Part shown: one piece after another, positions 13,092 to 25,884 of the stretch
Layout of the letters: each line of letters begins with the position of its first letter
Position numbering within the stretch: position 1 is the first letter of the stretch
Assembly (NCBI RefSeq): GCF_030028105.1
Contig: NC_092398.1
Coordinates: 16,372,182-16,436,181 of the forward strand
Origin: Mobula birostris
Lineage: Eukaryota
DNA length: 64,000 nt
Direction of reading: 5' to 3'
The notes under the pieces: model-generated
The model's input: the letters and a program-made list of their open reading frames with translations, nothing else
Databases searched by the model: none
Told to the model about the DNA's origin: nothing
Made by a program: the position numbers and the translations under genes

Positions 13092-13460
13092 CTCCCCAAT
13101 GTGAACTGACCGGTGTGCCAGTAGGTCAGATGACTGATTGAATCCCTTCCCAGTCTGAGCAGGTAAATGGCCTCACTGTTGTGTCTGGGGATCGGCTGCA
13201 TGAGAGAATCCTTTCCCTCACTGAGAGCAGGTGAATGATATCTCCTTGCTTTCAATTCTCTGACAATTTGTGAAGTCAGATGTCAGACGTAGTGAATCCC
13301 TCACACAGTCAATGCAGTTGAAGAACTGATCTCTAATGAACCAATGCTGTTGAGTTCTCAGCATCCCAGTTCCAGTGGATTACACCGAGTTACAGATGAA
13401 AATTCTATTTCAGACACAAAACCTATTTCCAGCTGGAATGAAATGCTTCTTCATCTCCTA
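13092..13460 (-). pseudogene. Decayed upstream fingers and candidate splice acceptor of the ZNF main exon
   Basis: Broken finger-like repeats at 13092-13330; minus-strand ctgtttttgattctag|gag at 13458/13457. Confidence 0.5.
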
Positions 13461-13644
13461 GAATCAAAAACAGATATATTGGTGTTACAAAGGAAATATC
13501 TGGTCACTCCTTAAATATTTAGACACGAGACAGCAAATCTGACGTGCTGTTTTGTTTTATATGCCCATACACAAATTCTTTGTCATTTCTAATCTGTAAA
13601 AAGATTGACAAGAGACATCAATGGGTGAAGGACAACATTTCAGA

Positions 13645-13760
13645 GGAACACTAACAACACGCTGGGGGAAGTCAGCAGGTTGGGCAGCATCCGTGGAAAC
13701 GATCAGTCAATGTTTCGGGCTGGAACCCTTCATCAGGACTGAAGAGGGAAGGGGCAGAAG
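13645..13760 (-). mobile_element. Penelope pLTR fragment with hammerhead motif
   Basis: Minus strand cagtc-CTGATGA-agggttccagccc-GAAACatt-gactg at about 13704-13741. Confidence 0.7.
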
Positions 13761-14334
13761 GTCTGAGCTGTTAAGGAACAGCTCCTTAACAGCTCAGAGC
13801 ACCTAGATCGCCCATCAAATTGTCTAACAGTCCTCCTCTCTGTATGAGAATGGACATTCTTGCCCATCACTGTCTGTGACTTGGTTCAGTGTGTCTCCAT
13901 TAGTATCATTTCAAGTTCTGCTCATGTCTCACAGCACTACAAAGAACACATATCACATGGCTGAGCCTGGAGACTTTCTAATTACTCTGACCCCCACCAC
14001 ACCAGGTGATTGACAGTGGGGAATACCAATGAATATGAAGAGGAGGGCACTAAGATTTCTCATTGGAGTGTGGCACCTGTGTGATGTGGAAGCTACAGGT
14101 CACTTGCTACCCAGGACAAAAGTGTTTGATATCATTATGTACCCAGAGAGAATGGTACAAAACAGATTCTCATGGGTAGAAAGGTCCAGAACACAAGGAG
14201 ATAGAACGAAGGTGATTTTCTCAAGAACTAAAGGCGGTGGAAGGATTTTGTTCTGTTTTTCCATGCAGCTCTAACTGGTATTTTTTACTGGTAGCTTCTC
14301 CATCCGTGATGAACTCAGAAGTATATTTTTGTTC

Positions 14335-14710
14335 CTTTTTTTTCTTTCTTTTTCAATCTTTTTTATTAGTTTCATAATAATGAACATAACATGGTAATGG
14401 GAATACATTGTTATAATTAGCATAAGTAATTATAAAGCCAGATGACATTTAAATGATAAAACTCCTAATCATATAGGATACAGATGAGCAATATAAAACA
14501 AAGAAAAATATCTAGAAATAATCATAAGGAGAAAAAAAAACTATAATTCTCCCCCCCCCGCAAAAAAAACTAATCTAAACAGAATTAATCAACTAAACTA
14601 AAAAAGACATGGGCTGTTATGTAACATCATAAAAAAAGAGGAAACCTTAGTGTCGACGACTCCTTTCCTCTCAACCAATATTACAAAGAAATAAAATAAG
14701 TTTGGAAAGG
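14335..14710 (-). mobile_element. L1-like LINE 3' end
   Basis: T-rich tract on plus at 14335-14365 (poly-A on minus) next to AT-rich 3' UTR-like sequence. Confidence 0.45.
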
Positions 14711-15419
14711 GATTGTTCCAAGTTCCTAATCCGTGGATTTAGACAGATGGAGCCTGACAGTGTCTGGGAGATCCATCCACTCCCATTGCCCCGTCTATCC
14801 TTCCAAGCACGCCCTATGGCAGGGAAAGCACTGGAAGTGTCACCCATGGCTGCCTTTATACCCAGAAACCTCCGCAAATGAGAGACACATCTATTCGTCA
14901 TGCTTCCAACGATCCATATGCGCCACAGAAATAGCATTGGTACCTTCACTCAACAGCAGAAAGCTGCTGGGGCCCGGGTACAGATTGTGGGGCTGAGATC
15001 CCGCCTTTGCGGAACCACGGTGTGTCCTAAACTCGGAGCAATTGTCCCTCAATGAAGATGCAGACACCGATGACGCTGATGAAACCCCAACCTGAGTAAG
15101 TCTGGAGATGCTGGATATCCAAAGCAACACCAGAAGGCCATAAGATAGAGGAGCAGAATTAGGCCATTTAGCCCATTGTCTGCTCCAACATTTCACCACG
15201 AATAATCCATTTTCCCTCTCAGTCCCAATCTCCCGCCTTCTCCCCATATCGAGCTTGCAAGCACCATTTGTACTGGTAGCTACTTCTACACTCTGACGGC
15301 CATCTCAGTGAAGAAGTTTCCCTTCATGGTCTGCTTAATCTTTTCATCTTTTCATCTTCAACCCATGACCTCTGGTTGTAGTCCCACACAACCTTACCCT
15401 ACCTCAATGGATAAAAGAA

Positions 15420-16215
15420 ACACTCACAACACGCTGGAGGAACTCAGCAGGTCGGGCAGCATCAGTGGAAACAATGAGTCAACGTTTCGGGCCGGAACCC
15501 TTCGTCTGGACTGAGGGAAGGGGCAGAGGCCCTATAAAGAAGGTGGGGAGAGGGTGGGAAGGAGAAGGCTGGTAGGTTCCAGGTGAAAAACCAGTAAGGG
15601 GAAAGACAAAGGGGTGGGGGATGGGGAGCAGGGAGCTGATAGGCAGGAAAGGTGAAGAAGGAATAGGGGAGAACATACTGGGTAGTAGAAGGAGGCGGAA
15701 CCATGAGGGAGGTGATAGGCAGCTGGGGGAGGGGGCAGAGTGAAATAAGGATAGAGGAAGGGAGGGGGAGGGAATTACCAGAAGTTGGAGAATTCTATGT
15801 TCATACCAAGGAGCTGGAGACTACCTAGACGGTATATGAGGTGTTACTCCTCCAACCTGAGTTTAGCCTCATCATGGCAGTAGAGGAGGCCATGTATGGA
15901 CATATCTGAATGGGAATGGGAAGAAGGGTTGAAGTGGGTGGCTACTCGGAGATCCTGTCTGTTGTGGCAGATGGAGCGGAGGTGCTTAACAAAGTGGTCC
16001 CCCAATCTGTGTCGGGTTTCACCGATGTAGAGGAGGCTGCACCAGGAGCACCGGATGCAATAGATGACCCCAACAGACTCACAAGTGAAGTGTTGCCTCA
16101 CCTGGAAGGACTGTTTGGGGCCCTGAATGGTGGCAAGAGAGGAGGTGTAGGGACAGGTGTAGCACTTACGCTTACAGGGATAAGTGCCGGATGGGAGATC
16201 CGTGGGGAGGGACGT
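15420..16215 (-). mobile_element. Penelope-like element 3' part (Neptune type) with GIY-YIG endonuclease and pLTR
   Basis: ORF 15844..16101 FTCESVGVIYCIRCSWCSLLYIGET...VATHFN; upstream Cys linker PGTYPCKRKCYTCPY; pyrimidine-rich tail; mutated hammerhead at about 15477-15514. Confidence 0.88.
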
Positions 16216-16219
16216 GTGG

Positions 16220-17745
16220 ATAAAACCAGCTTGTATTTACCCTATCTATACCCCTCATAATTTTGTATAGCTCTATCAAATCTCCTTTCTGTGTTCTATA
16301 TTCTAAGGAAATCTATTCAATTTTTGCTTATAAATCAGGTCCTCTGGACCCAGCATCATCCTTCTAAACTTTCTCTGTACTATTTCAACCTTATTTACAT
16401 CTTTTCTGTAGGTCTGTGTATTCAGGCATCCAAGTATTCAGATATCCGGTCCCTTAGAACACTTTCCCACTTCTGATGTCAGGCTCACCGGCCTATAATT
16501 TCCTTTTAGAGCCTTTCTTAAACATCAAAAAAAATTGGCTGTCCTCCACTCCTCTGGTACCTCATCTGTCGCTAAGGATGATTTAAGCATCTCTGCTAGG
16601 GCCCCAGCAATTTCTGCATTTGCCTTCTGCAGGGTCTGAGGGATCACCTTGTCAGGCCCTGGGGGTTTATCCACCCTAATTTGCCTCAAGACAGCAAACA
16701 CCTCCTCCTCTGTAACCTGTACCGGGTCCATGAAGTTGATGCCACTTTGCCTCCCTTCTATACACTCTGTGTCCATCTGCTGAGTAAATACAGATGCAAA
16801 AAGTGCATTCATGATCAGTCCCTCTCTTTTGCGTCCATGCATGGATTACTATTCTGATCTCGCAGAGGAACAACTTTATCCCTTGCAGTCCTTTTGTTCT
16901 TAACATACCTGTAGAATTCCTTAGGATTCTCCTTCACCTTGTCTACTAAGGCAACCTCATACTTTCTTTTAGCCCTGATTTCGTAAGTGTTCTCTTGCAT
17001 TTTATTACACTCCATAAACACTTAATTTCTTTCAACCTGCCTATGCACCTCCTTTTTATTTTCCAAAATAGGGCCTCAATATCTCTTGAAAATCAACATC
17101 TCATCGGGACATACTGATTAAAGAAACTTCCCTGAACACACTTGACAAACTCTATCCCAGCTAGTCCTTTTACAGTATGGGAGTCCCAGACAATATGTGG
17201 AAAGTTAAAATGATTTACTGGAACAACCCTGTGTTTCTTCCAACAGTCTGCAATCTCTCTACAAAGTTGTTCCTCTAAATTCCTCAAACTGTTGGGTGGT
17301 CTGTAATATAGCCCCACTAATGTGGTCGTACATTTCTTATTACTCCGTTCCACCCAGATCGCCTCAGTAGACGAGTTCACTAGTCTGTCCTGACTGAGCA
17401 CCGCCAGAACATTTTTCCTGACTAGTAACACCACCCTTCCTCCTTTAATCACTCCCACTGTCGTGTCTAAAACATCAGAGCCCCTGAATATTGACATGGT
17501 AGACCAGCCCCTCCTGCTACCAAGCCTCACTAATGGCTACAATATCAAAATTCTAGGTGTTGATCCATGCCCTGAGTTCATCTGCTTTTCCTGCAATTCT
17601 CCTTGCACTGAACTAAACACAGCTCAGCTCATTAGTCAGATCATGCTCAACCTTTTGATTCTTGACTTTGTCTGAGGTCTTAACAACATGTCTCCACAAC
17701 CTCTCTGCTAACTATTCCGGTACTCTGCTTCCCACCCCCCTGCAA
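16220..17745 (-). mobile_element. CR1 LINE endonuclease-to-RT fragment, degenerate
   Basis: GGRVVLLVRKN, TLVGLYYRPPNS, FNFPHIVW, DKPPGPDKVIP, VPEEWRTAN. Confidence 0.85.
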
Positions 17746-17749
17746 CTTC

Positions 17750-19085
17750 AGGGAGAAATCAGGAAGGCTAAACAGGGACATGAGGTTGGTCTGCTGATAA
17801 GGTAGAAGAGAATTCCAAGGGCTTCTTTAGATATAGAAGAAGAAGAAAGCTCTTAACTCTGAGTGGAGTCATCGGGACGCCGTCATGACGGCATTTTTTT
17901 TAGCAGGACTTTCTTATTTTTACGAGGCCGAGTTGCTAGCTTGACGCTCAACCCAGCATGGATGGAAAATGTGCAAGGGACACGGCTGGATTCGAACTCG
18001 GGAGCCTTCGCTCCGAAGTCTGGCGCTGATGCCACTAGATATATCAAAGGCTAAAGGACGGCAAGCGCTAGAATTGGTCCTTTTGAAGATCAGCGTGGAG
18101 ATCTACCCACAGAACCAGAAGAGAAGGGAGAGATCTTAAGGGAGTTGTTTGTATTTGTATTTACCTGAGAGAAATACACAGGATCTATAGACCTGACTGA
18201 GGCTTAAGAGTAGTGAGGTGCTGGAACTTACCCCAATTACAGAAAAGGTGGTGCTTGCTGTCTTGAGGCAAATTAAGCAGAAAAATTCCCAAGGCCTGCA
18301 AAGTGTCCCCTCCACCTTACAGAAGTCTAGTCCAGAAATTGCACGGGGCTTAACAGAGACGCTTAAAATGCCTGTACCACAGTTGAGGTGCCAGAGGACT
18401 GGAGGACAGCAACTGTTCCATTGTTTAGGAAAGGTTCTAAGAATAAACCCGGAAATTACACGCCAGTGAGCCTGACATCAGTTGTGAGTAAATTATTGGA
18501 AAGTATTCTTTGGGATAGAACATAAAAGTATTTGGACAGACATAATCCCAATTAGGAATAGTTAACATAGATAAACCCTACCAAGTACATTGCTAACTAA
18601 CGTTATATAGACTTTGAATTGGTATGAGGAAGGTTGATGTTGGAAAGGCGGTGGACGTTGTGTAAATGGCCATTAGCAAGGCCTATGACAGCATGTGAAG
18701 CCAGTCCTGAATGTTAAATGGCATAGCATTCAGGATGAAATTGTGGGAGTAGATGGTTGTCTGTCTAACTGGAGGTCTGTTACACTGGTGCACCACAGGG
18801 ATTGGTGCTTGGTCCATTCTTGTTTATTACCTATATCGATGATTTAGATGATAATGTGGATCAGGATGACAATAAAATCTGGGACGTAGTGGACAGCGAG
18901 GAAGGGTATCGAAGCTTGAAACGTGATCTGGACCAACTGGCAAAATGACAGAAGGAATTTTAATGCAGCCAAGTGTGAATAGTTTGGATAGCTACATGCA
19001 TGAGAGGGGTATGGTCCGGGTGCGGGTAAATGGGGGAAAAAAAACAGATCGATACAAACTAGATGGGTTAACGGCCTGATTCTGT
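17750..19085 (+). mobile_element. CR1 LINE ORF2 fragment, degenerate
   Basis: VLAVLRQIK, PGNYTPVSLTSVVSKLLE, PQGLVLGPFLFITYIDDLD-like sequence with frameshifts. Confidence 0.75.
17836..18035 (-). mobile_element. tRNA-derived SINE with (TTC)n tail
   Basis: Minus-strand B box GAGTTCGAATCC near 17988-17999; GAA repeats at 17836-17848; 8-bp TSD TAGATATA at 17828-17835 and 18036-18043. Confidence 0.8.
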
Positions 19086-19099
19086 GCTGAATTCTGACT

Positions 19100-19480
19100 C
19101 TCACCTTGTCCACGCCCCCAATCCACGGTCCTGAACTTTCCATCCAAGTGAAGCGGTGATTCAGTCGCACTTTTTCCAGTCTAGTCCGCTGTAATCGGTG
19201 ATCACACCGTGGTCTCCTCGGCACTGGAGAAACCAAACGCAGATTGGTCCGTCACCCTCATCTTCACTGTTATTGTCAGTGCAGCAGCCATCAATCTGCT
19301 TAAGCGGGTGGATCAAAAATGAGGGAGGGGGTATAGTGAATGGTGCCTCCTCCACTGTGACACTGAGGACCGAGACCACGCTGAGGAAGAGAATCTCATC
19401 CGTCCGGGAACATCGGAGCCGCTGGTCTCCATATTAATCTGTCCAGCGGTATTGCGCGTGCGCGGCCTGCTCGGTAAGGG
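19100..19480 (-). promoter_or_regulatory. CpG-rich candidate promoter and first exon of the ZNF gene
   Basis: CpG-dense; NRF1-like TGCGCGTGCGC at 19453-19463; minus-strand splice donor aag|GTGAGA at 19105/19104; link to the ZNF is inferred. Confidence 0.5.
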
Positions 19481-19601
19481 AGTTCAAAGGTCAAATGTTT
19501 AAGTGCAATTTAATATCACCACAAACAAGCCCACGGTTAGTTTTCCCTCGGGCATACTTAGCAGTAAACGGCGAGAATGCGAGGCACCTTCAAACGCTTC
19601 C

Positions 19602-19770
19602 ACGACAAAATCTGCAGGTGCCGGAAATCCAAGCAACACACACAAAATGCTGGAGGAGTTCGGCAGGCCAGACAACATCAATGGAAAAGTATACAGCCGA
19701 CGTTTCGGACCAAGACCCTGACCAAGAAACGTCGACTGTTTACTCTTCCTCCAGCATTTTGCGTCTGTTG
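19602..19770. mobile_element. Penelope pLTR-derived hairpin insertion
   Basis: Inverted pLTR halves; 14-bp TSD cttcaaacgcttcc at 19588-19601 and 19771-19784. Confidence 0.75.
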
Positions 19771-19806
19771 CTTCAAACGCTTCCGGCCGTTTCGGGAGTC
19801 TCGGGT

Positions 19807-19890
19807 CCCACGGCGGAGCTCCGGGCTGGGACCAAGGAGGGAGGCATAGACCCCATGGCGGAGCTCCGGGCTGGGACCAAGGAGGGAGGG
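19807..19890. repeat. Two-copy GC-rich tandem duplication (about 45-bp period)
   Basis: ggcggagctccgggctgggaccaaggagggagg occurs twice. Confidence 0.85.
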
Positions 19891-20046
19891 GCTTGCGCAC
19901 GGTGGATCTGTGGCGGTGAGATCAGCCCAGGCGCCTCCCGACCACCTCCTACCGGAACACCCGCTCTTACCGGCACCTACACCTGCAACTACCTCCCACC
20001 ACTTCCCCCTCCTACCACTGTACCACAAGACATAAGAGCAGAATTA

Positions 20047-20248
<202 letters not shown>

Positions 20249-20275
20249 TAATTGGTCATCGATCAGCGATACAAA

Positions 20276-20291
20276 GGCTCTTTTCAGAGCC
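20276..20291 (+). terminator. Histone 3' stem-loop
   Basis: aaaGGCTCTTTTCAGAGCCac, perfect consensus. Confidence 0.92.
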
Positions 20292-21295
20292 ACTTACAAT
20301 TTCTGTGGAAAGGATGAGTTGGGGCGAGTTCTAGAGAGTGCATTCAGTGTACCTGGAGCAGACAAGGCCATCCGGCCACGTCTTGATCTTCCTTGAAATA
20401 AATTGGCTTTCATCTGTGCATATTGCGGCCCCCCTGAATGCCTTTATTCTTTCGCATCCGGTATTTTACACAAAAGACGAAATTCTCCTGGGCTCGCCCC
20501 GGTACTTCCAAGAGCAATGCAGAATGGTGCAGACAACTGGCAATTTCACCAATAAACAGGTGACAAAAAGAAATTATCCAGACTAACCTCAATCCCCAGA
20601 ATATGTAAATCCTGCCAAGATAATTATTATGTCCATTAGTCCAAAACAAATGCAGATGCGTGAACAGGATTTCACGACAGAGAGTCTCCACTCATTTACC
20701 ATAAAGACCGTGTGTGAATTCATCACTTATGAAGAGATTATTTGGTTTTAATCTTCACTTCCCATTTCCAATGGTTCACAGAACGGAATAGTATTAGTCA
20801 ATTATGTACAACGCAGACTGAAGACGGGTTACCACTTATAAAATACAATCGGAGCAGTGACGGTCGTGTTAATTCGTTGAAAAGATCCTGAGTGAACCTA
20901 TTCTGATCTCTAGTTGAAATACGATTCAGACTTTTATAACACTGGGATGTTGCAAATAGTAAATCGCATCTACAACAATTAAATCACTTCAGTAACAGCA
21001 AGCATCTTCATCTCTATCCGCTCTATATCTAAAGTTTTGTGCGAGAAAATAGCGACAAAGTGACTGAAGTGAGAGGGCAAAATGTTCGTGTTGGAGCAAT
21101 GGGCAGGAACAGCAACAATGGAATTGTACGAAGCAATGGAAAGATTCATCAACATAAACATTTCCCTTCGAGAGTTAAACCTTCAAGACAAGCTTGCAGC
21201 GATGTGATATAGAATTATGAGTACAACTCTTCCACGGAAACTGTGAGTGGCTTTTAAATGAGCTGTTGGGTTTGTCCTATCAGCACTCAGCCGTT

Positions 21296-21525
<230 letters not shown>

Positions 21526-21649
21526 TTCTTCAATCAGTTTCAGACACTGTAAATGCCAATTAAATAGGCAGCGTGGTCCCGCTGGCAGATTTGGTCGGAT
21601 GAAAGCTAACAGTTCAATCTAACCCTTTGATTGCACAATGTGAATTGAC

Positions 21650-23040
21650 CAACCACAGTCATCAAGGTTTAGCAAAGGTTCATTGGTTAACATAAGAAGA
21701 CACAAAGTTGGTTATCCAATATTGATAACATTAGTAGAGTGTTGGGAGCACTTCATTCATAAGGCTTTCATCAGCTCTGAATGTTTATGGATACAAAATA
21801 TTGGCCTGTTTCATGTGAAATTTGATCTCAATGTACCCCTTTCTGTCACTCCTCCATGATTTTCCCTTTGCCTGTGGTTGATCTAAACCTTCAAGAAAAT
21901 ATCATGATGAAGAATGATTGTATACCAGTAGCACAGGTTGTTCAGTGATATGTGCAAGGCAGACATTACAGATTCCTACACTCTACAAAGATGGTTCAAA
22001 AGATCTAGTTGCAAGTTGTTCAGGTGTTTCTGTTTATATTCCAAAGTTCCAAGTGACTATTAAGAAAAGATTATCAGAGAAAGTATCAGGATTCATGTCT
22101 GAGGTATTTGCTATCATTTCAGCCTTGGAATGGGTTGAAGAAGTCTGCCTGGATTCTGTACTTCGGTGATTCATTTTTGGTTTTGTTCATCATGAGAAGT
22201 GTTGTATTACGTTGGTGATCATAGTCTTTCCATGAACATGACTGCTCTTAGCAAATTTTACCACAGAGCAAGCTTGCCATTGCCTTCTTCTGGGCAATTA
22301 CTTTACAAGCTTCAGTTTTGCCATCTAATAAGACAGGTATATTGAATTAGAGGCCAAAAATTCTTCTTGGGTTTGGACAACAGTCGTTGAGGTTGCAGGG
22401 TCTAGGCTTGGGTATACAAATAAAGTGGCAGATATTCTAGCCAACCAATCACTTAAACTTAGGAATATCAAAGTAGTGGTGTCTTTCTATATATGAGAGA
22501 TGAAAGCTATAATTAAACCGTCAATTTGATCACTGTGGCAACAAAGTTTGGATAAGGAAAGAATGACATTTATATCAAATTTATCTAGTGAGAACTCAAC
22601 TGGAAGGTATGCATAAATTCTTCCCTCATTTTATACACATTGGACACATGAAGCTGAATAATTCCTTGTTCACAATTAGTAAAGATGATATGGGTATTTG
22701 TACAGAGAGAACTTGTCAAGAAATGGTGCAACATGTATCTTTCCAATGCAATTCCTCTGAGGTGCAAAGGAAGCATCTAATTGCTAAATTGAGATCTTTG
22801 GGACAGACACAATTTAATGGAAAGCTCTTCAGGATATCACTGCCATTGTAATGTATACAAATCTGTGTTTGACGTTCTGAAAAGCGATAGACGTTTTGAT
22901 ATTATTTGAGGTTAACTTTTTGGAGGGAAAATTTAGTGGGTATACTTCCTGTCTCGTTATTCCGCAATCGAACCAATTCAGTAATTGGTGGTAATGCACC
23001 TTATGTTACTCTACAAAACACCAATCAACCTTACAAGAAC
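21650..23040 (+). mobile_element. RNase H-containing non-LTR retrotransposon 3' fragment (I/Nimb-like)
   Basis: LYKDGSKD...SEVFAIISALEWVEE (YTDGSK-type RNase H); C-terminal GICT..CQEMVQHVSFQC; 3' motif ggtggtaatgcacc. Confidence 0.7.
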
Positions 23041-24585
23041 AATTAGTAGGTCTTTTTTTTTCCCCTTAAGATACTCTCGACCCAGTTTGATTGGAACGTT
23101 TTTAAAGAGATGACAATATATATTGATGAGGATGGTTTGAGTTTGACTCTACAATTTGAGGGGGAGAAATTCAAGCTAGATCAATTCATATTACAGTGGA
23201 GTAAATGGAATTACAGAGGCACAAGAGAGGAGCTGATCAAAGTCAAAGGAAAGGTGGCAGTAGCAGGAATGACAGCATTACAGCAATGGCTGGAGTTTAT
23301 TGGAACAATTTGGAAGGCACAAAACAGATATATCGCAAAGTTGGAAAAACAAGCTTTTCGCTTCTCCATAGATGCTGTGTGTTGCAAGCATGTATAGCAG
23401 ATTGGCAGGAAGCAAAGAGAGGGAATAAGTGAGGCCTTTTATGGTTGCCCGATTCTCTTAATAGCTGTTAGAAAAATTATTCACACTTCCCTTGAACAAG
23501 AATTTTTCCAGGTGCCTTCAAAACTGTGGCTGTCAAACATCTACTTACGAACTACAGGCATATAGCAAAACTTCCCTTCCTGGGCAAGATTCTTCAGAAA
23601 GAAATATTCAAGCGACAGAACTTTCTGACTGAGAACAACATTTAAGAAAAGTTCAGTCAGGCGCTCACCAAAATTGTCAGCAACCTCAGGTTCAGCACTG
23701 AAAGAGGAAGAGTGAATATTTCAGGTCAGAATTTGGAAAGTGAGGAAAAAGCAAGTTTGTTTTAATTTGCTGAAAAGAATGGTGGAGATATCGATGGTGT
23801 GAAATAAATATCAGTAAAAACGAGGTCCAGATGGAACAGGTTAATGGGGTTATCATTTTTATCAATTCCACACGTTTCTAGTAGCAGGGATTCATTGATT
23901 CCCTCTTTTACAGAATGTTGTAGCACTATATCAGGCCATTAGTCCATCACATCAATACCAATCGGTTGGAATTCATTCATATTTATTCCTTCTACCAGCA
24001 CTTGTCCTGTAGCCTGGGTAATTCACGTGATTGTCAAGACATTTCTAAAGTACTATCAGTTACTCTGCTTTCTCCACTCTCTCTGGTTTTGTGTTCCAGT
24101 TACTGTCCCTCAGCCTAAACCCACTGTCCTGTAGGTTGCTGCCCGAGCTGTGTTTCATCTGAATTTCAGGACTTCGGTCTCCGAGTTTGTTCTTTTTTTC
24201 CAGAATATCATTAATTAATTTTCGGAGAAATGAGTACAAATCTGAAGGGGTTTTATATCAGTTATTCAGGACGTTCGGTGGTAATGTTGCAGACTAATCT
24301 TCAATATGGAACCCGGACTGAAAATAAAATTGATACCAATCATCTCTCCGGGGAACATACACACGCAGCAGAAAATTTGCACAGTTTCGGAAGCGATTCA
24401 GAAAATCACCTCCACGGATTCGAACTCGGCTTGTTTAGAGAAAAAAAACACTACTATAAGATAAAGTGGTATGATTTTAATGTTAAAGAACTTCTTCAGA
24501 AATCTTTCGCCGTGCCAGCGAATCCCAAGACTTTCCTCCGCGCTCATGGTATCCGCAGGGCAGCCCCTTCACAGACACTGTGAGT

Positions 24586-24601
24586 GGCTCCTAAAAGAGC
24601 C
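24586..24601 (-). terminator. Histone 3' stem-loop of H2A pseudogene A
   Basis: Minus GGCTCTTTTAGGAGCC (top pair U-G), then actca and purine-rich gaaggggctg. Confidence 0.8.
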
Positions 24602-24631
24602 TTTGGGTGACTGGGTTCATACTCTATCGCT

Positions 24632-24947
24632 TCACTTGCTGGCTCCGCCGGTTTTATTGGGCAACAACACGGCCTGTTTATTGGGTAACACTCCACGCTG
24701 GGCGACAGTCACCACTCCCTACCGCTTGCTGAGCGGTATCGTTGCGAAAAGCCAGCTGCAGACGCCTGGGGATGATGGGGGTCTTTTTTGTTGTCACGGG
24801 CTGCATTGCCAGCCAGCTCAAGAATTTTACCTGTCAGGAACTCAAGAACAGCAGCCAGATAGACCGGGGCTCCGGCTCCCACCCGCTCAGCATAGTTACC
24901 CTTTCTCAGGAGCCCGTGAACACGGCACAATACGAACTGCAGTCCGG
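24632..24947 (-). pseudogene. Histone H2A pseudogene A
   Basis: [34 protein letters not shown]...GNAARDNKK then frameshift; start codon and N-tail deleted. Confidence 0.92.
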
Positions 24948-24964
24948 AATGAGGAAATGCTTCC

Positions 24965-25155
24965 GCCCCTCAGCCTTCTTGTATGTCCTGGTGGATGCAG
25001 TGAGACATTCAGGATTGGTGCAACAACGCCTAAGCTCATTGGAGAGCAAATAAGCCAACGACAGATCCGATTTATCAATCAAAATCAAAAGCGCGGAAGT
25101 AACTGCTTACCCGCCGAAAATAAACTGAAACTTGAAAACAGCCCGCCAAAAATCC
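24965..25155 (-). promoter_or_regulatory. H2A-type promoter module (E2F-like sites, ETS core, two CCAAT); repeated at about 34760-34952, 42935-43110, 59950-60135, 63345-63535
   Basis: GCGCGGAAGT 25091-25100, CCCGCCGAAAA 25110-25120, CCCGCCAAAAA 25142-25152, ATTGG at about 25014 and 25038. Confidence 0.7.
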
Positions 25156-25416
25156 TTTGTTCGGATCTAATCAAATCATTGCAGATCTGCTTGTCAACTA
25201 ATTCTCCGCATTATCCCATTACTGAAGTAGCCACATCTAATGTTTGAGTGTAGCTAATATTGCAGATGTGTCTGGGGATTTCATTGCTCTTCTCAAACTA
25301 CGGCTGGAGTTCAGCCCGCAGTCTTGACAAATTATTGGTGAAAAAACAGTTTGGCATTGCAGTGGGCTTCAGAGAATATGAGTTAGAAATGTAGCTCGTT
25401 TAATGAAACTTTGAGT

Positions 25417-25432
25417 GGCTCTTAAAAGAGCC
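25417..25432 (-). terminator. Histone 3' stem-loop of H2B copy 1
   Basis: Minus cccaaaGGCTCTTTTAAGAGCCactca, then HDE-like aaacgagct. Confidence 0.95.
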
Positions 25433-25464
25433 TTTGGGTTTTCGGTTAGTTTTGGCAGCACTCT

Positions 25465-25836
25465 TTACTTGGAGCTGGTATACTTGGTCACTGCCTTTGT
25501 CCCCTCCGACACGGCGTGCTTGGCCAGCTCTCCGGGGAGCAGCAGGCGCACGGCGGTCTGGATCTCCCGGGAGCTGATGGTCGACCGTTTGTTGTAATGG
25601 GCTAGACGGGAAGCCTCGCCAGCGATGCGCTCGAAAATATCGCTCACGAACGAGTTCATGATGCTCATGGCCTTGGAGGAGATGCCGGTGTCAGGGTGAA
25701 CCTGCTTCATCACTTTGTAGATATAGATGGCGTAACTCTCCTTCCTCACCCTCCTACGCTTCTTGCCAGACTTGCCTGATGGTTTCGGCAGCGCTTTCTT
25801 AGCGCCTTTCTTGGGAGCGGGTTTCTGCTCAGGCAT
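25465..25836 (-). CDS. H2B: Histone H2B, replication-dependent, copy 1 (123 aa)
   Basis: Intact [14 protein letters not shown]...[10 protein letters not shown]; intronless; stem-loop downstream. Confidence 0.97.
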   Translation of the reverse strand: MPEQKPAPKKGAKKALPKPSGKSGKKRRRVRKESYAIYIYKVMKQVHPDTGISSKAMSIMNSFVSDIFERIAGEASRLAHYNKRSTISSREIQTAVRLLLPGELAKHAVSEGTKAVTKYTSSK

Positions 25837-25884
25837 TGTTTCCGTCGAGTTCAGACTCAAATAAGCAGAACAACCTTCGGAGCG

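Noticed and set aside
24471-25247. 258-aa plus-strand ORF
   Set aside because: Antisense to H2A pseudogene A and its promoter; not preserved in the paralogous units
25837-25860. 8-residue N-terminal extension on the H2B ORFs in the ORF track
   Set aside because: Comes from a TTG start allowed by the ORF caller; the real start is the ATG of MPE/MPD, consistent with TATA spacing
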